64,000 nt of DNA, taken from positions 49,910,001 to 49,974,000 of the forward strand of contig NC_042998.1 of assembly GCF_006345805.1 (NCBI RefSeq). The letters are read 5' to 3'. Position numbers and translations under genes: made by a program. Origin of the DNA: Octopus sinensis (lineage: Eukaryota). Below are positions 41,934 through 52,991 of this stretch, piece by piece (within the stretch, counting starts at the first letter, position 1; each line of letters begins with the position of its first letter). The notes under the pieces were generated by a model. The model searched no databases. It had not been told where the DNA came from and worked only from the letters and a program-made list of their open reading frames with translations.

Positions 41934-42224
41934 TCACTACACGCGTGTGTCGGGCTCACAATGATTAAGTAGTGAGTTCAATTCCAGGACCGGGCTGCGT
42001 GTTGTGTTCTCGAGCAAGAAGTTTTATTTCGCATTGCCCTAATTCACTCAGCCGTAGAAATGAGTTGCGACGTCACTGATGCCAACCTCTATCGTCCTTT
42101 GCTTTGTAGAGGATTCCATGTTGAGATGATAGTGTGGCATTATAAAGTTCTTGAAGACTCCACTCCTCCACTCCAATTCACTGACAATATTGCTGAGATT
42201 TACAACTTAATGATTCTGATCACC

Positions 42225-42640
42225 ATTAAGAAATCCCCTGACACTGGTATGGTTGATGACAAATTGCGACTCACAACCATTAGAAAATCCACTGTGATTG
42301 ATAGCAGAGTGTGACTGATAGCAGAGTGTGATTGATCGCAATCACAAAATCCGACGATACTAGTGTGATTAATGACGGACTGGGACTCAAAACCGTTACA
42401 AAATTCACTAAGACTGGTACATTGGAATTGACCTCAATTACAAAATCCACTGATTCTAGAGTGATTGATGACGGGCCGTGACTCACACCCACAACAAAAT
42501 CTACTGAGATTGATATCACATCGTGATTAACCGCCATTAAAAAATCCACTGAAACTGGTTTGGCTGATAACATGTTGCTACTGGCAACCATTTCGAAATC
42601 CAAGACTAGTGTGATTAATGATACATTGTGACTCATCATA
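42225..42640. repeat. Degenerate minisatellite with alternating 54-nt and 42/45-nt units
   Basis: AAATCC-like anchors at 42231, 42285, 42347, 42401, 42443, 42497, 42542, 42596. Confidence 0.8.
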
Positions 42641-44074
42641 CTGTTACTGACCACCATGTCAAAGTGCCCGCATATTGCTTGTACTAAAGTCGCAATGACT
42701 CGATACTTTTATGCAATTTTAATGTAAATTTCCTTTATTGTCAAGTTGATATTTAGCCTCTGGTCACTTATGATCAAACACATCTTCATTTATTGCTGCC
42801 ATTTTCTTCATAATATTGGTCAATCGTTGTTTCTAACGTAGGCCTTGGCTATAAATTTGGGGGATAGGATTGGAGATTTAGCCGATTACATCGACCCCAT
42901 TACAGAGACCAGAGAGATGAAAGGCAAAATTGACCTCGCGTGGGATGGGGGATTTGAACTCAGAATGTAGCGAGCCGAAACAAATGTTTATTAGCATTTA
43001 GTTGGACGTTCTAACGAATCTAGCAATCCACTGCTCTTATGTTGGCAAACGATTGAAAGTAATTTTGGTGGTAGTTAATATTTGATATTTGTTGAGAGTG
43101 AGTGAAAGATACATCGGAGATGTATTTATGATGACTGCAGTTTGCAAACAGCGGATGCAATAATTAGCAATGAATTTGGCGAAGACCTCACTAGCAATCA
43201 ACTAACAAATTTTCTTGCGTAGGTTATTGCGTTGTATTGACATTTGTGAAAAGAACTACAATACGTAATAAATGTTTTGTGACACATGCAAACGAGAATG
43301 GCATGTCTGAGTGACTAAGAAATTTGCTTAACACACATGTGAATTCGAGTTCAATCCAACTGATCAGCATTACTGTGTTTATAGACAAGGTGGTGAGATG
43401 GCAGAGTCGTTAGCCCGCCGGATAAAATGCTTAGTGGAATTTCTTCCGGCTTTACGTTTTGAGTTCGAATTCCGCGGAAGTCGACTTTGCTTTCATCCTT
43501 TCGAGGTCGATAAAATAAAGTGATAGTTCAGCACTGGGGGTCAATGTAACCGATTAGGCCCCACTCCAAAATTCGAGGCCTTGTACTTACAGTAAAAAAA
43601 AAAAAAACACATATATTTAAATACACGAGCGTTTATGCGCGTAACGTTCAACGATTTATATCTGCAAAGGATTTAAATACTGGAGAGAAACACTTTGTTT
43701 AATATTTGTTCTGTCAAGTTGCACAAAAACTCCCTTGCTACCTTAGTCACTACAAATGCAGCAAACCAGTAATGGGCCAGTTGGAAACCTGTAAGCAACG
43801 ATGCTATTGTTCACTTGTCCATATATAAATAAGTGATAAATCCATCTCTATGATTTTAGTATCAACTCCATGACAAATATTTTAATAATTGATGTTCTAA
43901 ATTTTTCTGAAAAACCTTTTGGTAAAGGGAGACAAAGAGTACTAGTTCTTCTATGCTTTGAGAATTGAACTTCTAGATTCTTCGTAGAACCTTCATATGC
44001 ACTCGCAGAAATTCTCAATTCTTTATTTGAACAAAGAAAAGGAAAAAATTGATAAATATTCTTTTTTACTCTAG

Positions 44075-44455
44075 ACACAAGTCCTGAAATTTTTTTTTAG
44101 CGGGCTGGGGGTAGTCGATTAGATAGACCCCAGTACGCAACTGGTACTTAATTTATTGACTCTGAAAGGATGAAAGGCAAAGTCGACCTCGGTGGAATTT
44201 GAACTCAAAATGAAAAGACAGTCGAAATACCTATTTCTTTACTACCCACAAGGGGCTAAACACAGAGAAGACAAACAAGGACAGACAGACGGATTAAGTC
44301 GATTATATTGACTCCAGTGCGTAACTGGTACTTAATTTATCGACCCCGAAAGGATGAAAGGCAAAGTCGACCACGGCTGAATTTGAACTCACAACGTAAC
44401 GGCAGACGAAATACGGCTAAGCATTTCGCCCGGCGTGCTAACGATTCTGCCAGTT
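44075..44455 (-). mobile_element. Family A SINE dimer
   Basis: Junction gaaatacc|tatttcttt near 44231. Confidence 0.88.
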
Positions 44456-46005
44456 ACACACTGCGGTCGATGTAATAGTCTTAATCTCTTTGTCCTTGTT
44501 TGTCCCCTTGTGGGCAATAAAGAAATAAGATATGTACCCATGCCGTTTTTTTACCACTCAGGAAATTTGAAGTGTTTGTTTCCTAAATGTTATCAAAAAG
44601 CCACTGAAGTTGTCTTTATTACAATCCTCTTGTCACGACAGTATATTCTGTAGCTACAAGCATTGCAGAGACAATATAATTGAGTTGTTTAACTCATTGT
44701 ATGAACAACTGTCTTCACTTCAGACACTCGGTTAAAACAGGCCTGTAATGACATGGAGCAAGTGGTAGACTGATGAATTTCATTTAATCTAAATCTTCGA
44801 ACCAGAAAATAGTTATTTAACGTCACCATGTAAATTTGCTATACTCATAAATATCAATCAGTCTAAAGCCTTCACTTCACATCTTTGCATTAGAAAATGT
44901 CGGTCTCACACAAAACTATCGTATTACTGTAAGATATTTTGGTGTATCCACAATTACTTGTGCTTAAGTATATGCTACCTATAAGGGCGTGTGGTGGCAA
45001 GGGAAAGTTTTATATCTATCCTCTAGAATGTGGTTGTACTTCGGTTTGTCCAACAGGTAGCTATTTGGAAAACAACGTGGCTGTCTTTAAATATTTCCCT
45101 CATTTTGCTAATTTGGAATCTGGGTAAATGGTATTTGAAGAAAGCTTCTGGTAAAATAAAAAATTAATATTCCTATTATTTGCATATATTTGGTGGTAGA
45201 GCCTCCAATTCTAAAATTCAATGTAAGTTTTTTTTTAAATTAAAAAAGTATTTACTGAGATTAAAGCTTTACTGAGATCTGTAGGATTATATGTTCATTA
45301 CCAATGAAAAGTCACTGCTATCATTAAGGAACTTGTGTGGTGACACGGTTATTGTAATTTTTATGTTATTATTTAATCGGCTGAGAATGGGGAGGAAGAG
45401 AATGAAGAGGAAGGAGAATAGAAAGGAAGGAGAAGGGAAAGGAAGGACAAGGGAGAGGAAGGAGAAAGGAGAGAAAAGGGAAGCGAGAGAAAGGAGAGAA
45501 AAGAGAAGGGAGAGGGAAAGCAAATTTTTAGGATGACTGTTATTTCAGTCGAAGGCTCGTAGATTGAGGCCTGGAAGAGAAACATGGGCCAGAAGACATT
45601 TCTTGAAGATTGCACGAGACATTTTGTCCCATTGTTCTTCCCTCGTGCTTTGCAGAGTTTATTGAGTGTTAGTAGGAATGATTAGAAGAGAAGAGGAAGA
45701 TGAATTGGGTCGGTAGAATAGAATCGGTAACAGAAGCCTTTGTCATAAATGTCAAAGAGACAGAAAGAAGAAATAGAATATCATTGGAATACGTTTTTGT
45801 TAATTAATTTTTACTAGTCAGTAGGAAGATTTTTTTTCTTTTCTTGTTGCTGGAGAGACTATTTAAAACAGATGTTGGCAACGCAAAGGGAAATGTGAAC
45901 AACTATTGATGACTGGAAAAATCCATAGAGGAAAAGATGCTGAGATGGAGATATAGAAGAGAAATATTTTATTTCTAATTAGCTGGAAATCATTCTTGCA
46001 AGAGT

Positions 46006-46049
<44 letters not shown>

Positions 46050-46553
46050 AAGAGGGAGAGAGCGAGTAGTTATGGGGAGAAATGATTTTAGTCAAATGAA
46101 AAAAATTTGTTTGTCCTATTTTCCGACATAAGTCGAATTTTTCGGACCAATATTTACAGCCAAAAAAGGGAGGTCGACTTATACACCAAGACGATTTGGA
46201 AGAGTCAAAACTTCTAAGTAAAAATGCAGTAAGATTGGGCAAGTTAGTGACGTTGTTTGAATGTTTACATTACATTTACACTATATACTTCTCCGACTTG
46301 TATTCAGGAAAATAAAGTAAGAAACAACGTGGTATATCGACTGTAGAGTGGACACTAAATACTGAATTTTTGTATGACAAACACGTGGTTAATGATGTGG
46401 CAGGTCATTAAGCGTTATTAAATTATATAATCATATTTAGTAGATTTTTCATAAAAGCATATCTTGAAATATTTTCGAACGAAGTATATATTCCGGTTAA
46501 TCCATATAACTGTATCTTTTCGGCATTTACATTTAATGTCACTTTATATTGTC

Positions 46554-46597
<44 letters not shown>

Positions 46598-46599
46598 GG

Positions 46600-46630
<31 letters not shown>

Positions 46631-47239
46631 GAGAGAGGGAGAGACGATAATTAAGAAAACCAAGTTTTTAAAGACAAAAAGCCATTACTTAAACTGTGAA
46701 AATAAATATTTTCTTCATCATAATACGTTAATTAGGCATCTGCCTCAGAGAAGTAAATAAATACCGAACTAAATAGACAAATAAAACAGACAAAATTGTG
46801 AGCGTTATCGAAAATATAGGATGAAAATTAATTTTTCTGTGAAATTAATTAAAAAAGAATTCTAACATTATTTCAGTCTAATGCTCAGTTATTTTTCTCC
46901 AACGAAACGGCAAATTTCACTTTGGTGACAATTTTGTCAACATTTCATTCGAAAGACCACAAACTGCTTGAATTTTCTATCTGTATATAATGAAAGTGAC
47001 TTAGTTTAGCTCACCAATTTTGTTTTATATTCACACCAATTAGTCGGGCAAAACTGCAAGAAACTCTTTTTCTATAAGAATATTTAGTGACAGAATAAGA
47101 TTCTAAAAGAATATACTTTGGAGATGATGTTTTGAAGCTCTCGATAAAAAAGTAAAAAAAAAATGTCTCTAGCTGTTCACTTGTTCACTAATATCAGATT
47201 TATTTTCACTGACCATAGCAATCAAAATTTCTTAACTCC

Positions 47240-47720
47240 TTATTGCCCACAAGTGGCTAAACATACAGGGGACAAACAAGGACAAACAAAGGGATTAAGT
47301 CGATTATATCGACCCCAGTGCGTAACTGGTATTTAGTTTATCGACCCCGAAAGGATGAACGGCAAAGTCGACCTCGGCGGAATTTGAACTCAAAGCATAA
47401 CGGCAGACGAAATACTGCTAAGCATTTCGCCCGGTGTGCTAACGATTCTGGCAGCTCGCCGCCTTAACCATAAAACTTAAATTTTCTGTGAAGTTTATCC
47501 TTAATTTCTGAGGCGGCGAACTGGCAGAATCGTGAGCATGTCGAGCAAATTGCTTAGTGGTATTTACGTTCTGAGTTCAAAATCTGCTGATGCCAACTTT
47601 ACCTTTCATCCTTTCGGGTCGAAAAAAAAAAGTACTGTACTAGTGAAATGCTGGGTTCGATGTAATCATCTTAACCCCTCCCCAGAAATTGCTGGCAATG
47701 TTCCGAAAACTGAAACCAAT
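47240..47720. mobile_element. Head-to-head pair of family A SINEs (minus young, plus old)
   Basis: 47240-47465 minus; 47511-47720 plus. Confidence 0.85.
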
Positions 47721-47858
47721 TTCTTTAGATTATCTCCCCATTTCTTTACGAACCTCAAGATTTTTTTCCCCATTTCTCAGCCAAGAAACAAACTTCTATT
47801 CATAGTGTAGATTGTACGTACATCATTAAGTACACTACCTCTTACCTGAGTTATATAA

Positions 47859-47910
<52 letters not shown>

Positions 47911-48303
47911 ACCAACGAGCTGAGAGTAAAAAAAACAGGGCAATGTGAATGAAAAAGGCTATATCAAGTGAAGACAAAAATCAATAAAATAACATATGCT
48001 TGTCGTTTGGTATTGTCCATCCAGTTGGATTATTATGGCTTGTATCATATAAGAAGTTTGCATTCTCTTTATAATGCAAAATACTTAATACTGAGAGTTA
48101 TGTCAATTTTCAATTTGATGAATTAAAGCTAGTAATATGGAATTACGTGCCTAAGGCAAACAACTGAAAGCATTAGCAATGCAGATCTTCACAGTTGTTC
48201 CAAAACCTCTGCGATTCTTCAAATTCAAACATAGAATGGCAGCAACGTATAAAACCCTTTTGAAATCTTTAATTGTATCGTCATACTCAATCCTTCCCTT
48301 CCT

Positions 48304-48345
<42 letters not shown>

Positions 48346-48980
48346 TCTCCTTCTCTCTCTCTCTCCCTCCATCTTTCTCTCGCTCGTTCACTCTTTCCTC
48401 CGTCTCTGTCGCTTTCTTTATTTTTCTTTATGTATTTCCTTCTGTCGTTTCAATATAATTTCAATTAATTGAAATGTGAATGTAAACAGATACAACCCTC
48501 TCTGCTTCCTCCTCTCTTTCTTCACCCTCCTCGTCTCCATTTCTTTTGCCAGTCGCCTTCGTTATCACCATCCTTATCGTAATCACATTCACCATAATCA
48601 GGAGCATGATCAGGATGAGGAAGATCATCATTATCATTATCGTCATTATGCACATCATCATCATCATCACCCCTGTTTTAATCATTAGCACCATCACCTT
48701 CCATATCAGCATCAAGGTTACTATCCGTAGTGGAGCCTCTTAATTTGGTCGCTTGCCATGCTGGAGATAGCAATGAAATCTTCTCCAAAATCAAATCGCA
48801 TCTAAGTACAACGAATCGTAAATTTACTGCAACGAAAACTAAACCATCAACCCTACTACTACTACTACTACTACTACTACTGCTACTACTGCTGCTGCTA
48901 CTGCTGTTGTTGTTGCCGCCGCCGCCGCCGCCACCACCACCAACACCACCACCACCATCGCCACCACCACCACCACCACA

Positions 48981-49037
<57 letters not shown>

Positions 49038-49496
49038 TTGATAACCAAGCAGGTATCGAGTATGTAACCGAAATAATCTAAGGATTATTTCGGTTACGTA
49101 CTTGAAAGCAGTTTTATTATTGTTTTGTTATAGATCAGCTGAACGTACCTTCAGTTACCTAATTCTGGAGGTGGTTTCAATGAAATTATAATCGCTAGAA
49201 TAAGGGTGGAGTGAAAATGATTGAAGAACTTGAGAAAAATGTGCGCAACGAAGGATTTCTTCTTTTCTTTGTTCTAGCATTAGAAGGTAAGAATGGTAAG
49301 CGGGTTGGATAGAATGCCTGGTGATATTCGCTCCAGCTCTCTGTACCATGAGTTCATATACCACTGAGGTCGGCCTTGTATTTTATCCCTTCAGGACCAG
49401 TAAAATGAAGTACCAGTCCAGTACCGAGGTCAAATCTTCTGTCTGTGTGTCTTGCTCTCCCACTTACACTCTTTCATTCATTCTTTATTATTTCTA

Positions 49497-49539
<43 letters not shown>

Positions 49540-49844
49540 TTTCATCTTTCCACCCCATCTCTCTCTCTTTCATTCTCTGCTTTCTATCTGAGATCTAAAC
49601 CCAATCATATCACATTTAATCATGTTAGATCGGTCTAAGAAATACGTTAGAAGAGCACGTGTCTGTGGAATACTCGTCCGCTTACAAGTTAATTTCACTA
49701 ACAGGAATTCAATAAGTAAGACTATGGTTGACAAGAAGCTTTCTTAATGACTAAGTACCATCTATAAATCCATTTTACTGTTTACTAAGGCCTCTACTCA
49801 GTAGGAATTATGCTGCACACTCTGACATACTATTATGCTCCCTA

Positions 49845-50243
49845 CAACAGGCACGCGGACTGAAATATTTTGAGGAAAGGGTAGTCGATTTTACCGAGTT
49901 CAGTGCTCAACCGGTACTTATTTTATCAACCCTAAAGGGATGAAAGGCAAAGACAAACTTGGCAGAATTAGAGCTCAAAACGTAAAGCCGAAATCAGGAC
50001 ACACAACCTTACGATGATGAGCCGAATAATACCGTAACCACAAAGCTGGTACAAGGCCAGTAGTTTTGGGGGATGGTATGAGGCGATTACATCGACTCCA
50101 GCGTTTAGCTGGTACTTGTTTTATTGATTTCGAAAGTATGAAAAACAAAGTCTACCCAAACAGAATTTGAACTCAGGACATGAAGACGGACAAAACGTTG
50201 CTAAGCATTTTGCCCGGTGTGCGAACTCACTGCTTATAAAATA

Positions 50244-50297
<54 letters not shown>

Positions 50298-50800
50298 CCT
50301 TTCTACTGGAGGACAAGGCCTCAAATTTGTGGGGAGGGGGACAGTCGATTACATCGACCCCAATGTTTCACTGGTACTTAATTTATCGACTCCGAAAGAA
50401 TGAAAAGCAAAGTCGATCTTGGTAGAATTCGCACTCAGAACTTAGCGACAGGCGAAATACCGCTAAGCATTTTTCCCGGCATGCAAACGATTGTGCCAGC
50501 TCACCGCCTTATAATAATGATAATGATGATGAACTCAGAACACGAAGACAGACGAAATACCTATTTCTTTACTACCCACAAGGGGCTAAACACAGAGGGG
50601 ACAAACAAGGACAGACAAACGGATTAAGTCGATTACATCGACCCCAGTGCGTAACTGGTACTTAATTTATCGACCCCGAAAGGATGGAAGGCAAAGTCAA
50701 TCTCGCTGAAATTTGAACTCAGAACGCAACGGCAGACGAAATACGGCTACGCATTTCGCCTGGCGTGCTAACGATTCTGCTAGCTCGCCGCCTTATAGTA

Positions 50801-50834
<34 letters not shown>

Positions 50835-50912
50835 ACTCAGAACATAAAGACAGACGAAATACTGCCAAGCATTTTGCCCGGCGTGCTAATATTTCTACAA
50901 GCACGTCGCCTT
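49845..50912 (-). mobile_element. Pile-up of at least five family A SINE units
   Basis: Repeated cores and heads separated by (ATA)n/(ATG)n; junction gaaatacc|tatttcttt near 50561. Confidence 0.85.
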
Positions 50913-50963
50913 ACGTCTTCACTATATTAGATGTAATTCAATATTATGATGAGTATTTTACGG

Positions 50964-51297
50964 ATTCCATGGACAGCGAGGCTCACCAATGGAGAAGTTC
51001 TTAAGTAGATCAGGTCGAAAATGTCGCTGGAAGCTAGGATCACCAAGCATAGATTGGCATATTTCGATCACATTATGCGGAGAAAATCCCCGAAGAAGGA
51101 CATCATGCTCGGAATGGTCAGTGGCAAGAGAGGAAAAGGCCGACCAAGAACCCGCTGGCTTGACACCATCAAGAGTGATACCGGAATGGACATAGCCAAT
51201 CCGAAAGAAACGGCCCAGGATAGAACTGACTGGAGGACACTGATCCAACGAGTAACCGAGAGTCGACTTCGAGTGAGCGGATAGATAGATAGATAGA
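50964..51297 (+). mobile_element. 5'-truncated RTE/BovB-like LINE 3' end
   Basis: RIPWTAR..RLAYFDHIMRR..IMLGMVSGKRGKGRPRTRWLDTIK..AQDRTDWRTLIQRVT; (ATAG)n tail; TTTACGG duplicated at 50957-50963 and 51298-51304. Confidence 0.92.
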
Positions 51298-51342
51298 TTT
51301 ACGGTATACATAGTCAAAGAAAGGTAATAATAAATCACTTAC

Positions 51343-52991
51343 CTGTTAACGTCATCACTGACATCACTGACATTGTCGGCTTGATCAACTAAAGATCCAT
51401 TTTCCAGATTTTTCTTATGCAGCATACTATAGTCAGGAGAAGGATAGGATATGTGTTTGATGCGCCACTTTTGGTTGCCAGCAAAGTTCATAGTGCTATC
51501 CGAGAAAGCAGTAGCACATGGCGTAGATGCAGTATGAATTAGGCGTGTAGCGTTCAACGGTGTACTCTGCACTGACAGTGAGTGCCGAACAACCGGAAGT
51601 TTACAATTTTCTGGACATATGTTTTGAGGACCGGCGTTAGGCAGAGGTTGGTTTGTTGACAGAATGCGTTGCGTACCTATCCGAGCTGCTGGAAAGGGTT
51701 TTGGACGTGCGTATTCTGGAACAAGGTTCCAGGCTGGCAAATTCAGTGGACTTCTTGATGTTGATATTGTCTGAGATCGTACAAGTGATACTTGATTCCA
51801 TTGGTGCCTGGAAGAGGAATTTGGTGATGAAATAATTGTATTTTGTTGAAAAGTAAAGACAGGACTGTTTTCTTGCTGTATAGTTCTAATTTTATGTGGT
51901 GGAAGTTGTTGTAATTGTTGTGGTGGTTGTTGTAGTTGTTGTTGATGTTGTTGTTGGTGGTGTTGTTGCTGGTGTTGCTGAATTTGCTGTTGTTGTTGGA
52001 GTTGTAATTGTTGTGGGTGATGATAATGTTGGAGTTGTTGAATTTGCTGTTGTGGCTGTTGGTAATGCTGTTGGTGCTGTTGTTGTTGTTGTTGGTATTG
52101 TGTTTGTGGTAGAGGTGGAGGTGGTGGGTTTTGGTGTTGGTGGGATTGTAGCTGCTGCTGCTGCTGTTGTGGTTGCTGGAGAAAGTGTTGCTGATAATGG
52201 TGATGGTGATGGTGATGGTGGTGGTGATGAACATGTGGTTGCTGTTGGCTTTGTTTATTTTGGGAGTCCTGAGATAAAACTCTCAGTAGCGACTGTGGTG
52301 AAGGACTCCTTGGAATTGCGACTGACTGAGATCTTATCAGAGAAGCTGCTACAGGACTTCTTGGTGACCTGAGACACTTCTGCTGCATGTGTATTGGACT
52401 GGTCCTTGTCATTGCAGACACTTGGAATGGGGTCCATTGCGTTCCTTTAGAATGGATATGGTATCGGGAAGAGTTAGGCAAGGGACTTACCGGGGGGCTC
52501 TGAGGGTGAAAAAATGGTGAATTAAAAGAGTTCCTTAGTGTAGTATCCAACTCGGATATTGGGCCATTTGGGTCATAGGGAGGTGGAGAGGTACTCGTTG
52601 CTACATTTTTGGTTTGCACGGGGGGACTGACTCGACTAGACAAGCTTTGCTCTGGAAGGGATCGGTGAGGTTTGTGATCGGAATACCTGATTCTTCCAGT
52701 TGAAATGCTGTTAGCGCGCATTCGAGTCGAACCATTCTGGTGCCGCGGATAATTTTCAGCATAATTCCGTTTCTGTGAGTGAAGCTCAGATAATGAGCTT
52801 TTTGGAGTGGAGTCTATTGTTTCGGCTCTTTGGAGTGTCGGGCGCCATTGTAGGGGAGGAGATTTCTTGGACTCTGTGAGCAGCTGATACCTGTTTTTTG
52901 GTGAGGTAATCTGTCCATTGTTTAGGGATTCAGATTTAATTAACGCAGGCTGAAACTGCTCACAATCATTGTCCTTTGGTTCTTCGTTTTC
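51343..52991 (-). CDS. Giant internal exon (1649 nt, phase 0 to phase 2) encoding the disordered S/P/Q/H-rich N-terminal arm of the MARCH2/3-like protein
   Basis: Frame stays open 90 codons upstream of the track's ATG (ENEEPKDNDCEQFQPALIKSESL...) to an acceptor with branch point (ctaat...ttctttctcacttttcag|G). It ends at AAC AG|gtaagt; the track's TAA lies inside the donor. The phase-2 end joins the RING exon in frame (AG|T = Ser). Confidence 0.88.

Noticed and set aside
42225-42640. CRISPR-like array
   Set aside because: Eukaryotic context, degenerate units without unique spacers, no cas genes.
51743-52372. Overlapping poly-N/T and poly-V ORFs
   Set aside because: Alternative frames of the polyQ/H codons.
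51339-52721. 460-aa ORF as a complete stand-alone gene
   Set aside because: The frame extends upstream to a splice acceptor and the stop lies within a GTAAGT donor, so it is an internal exon.
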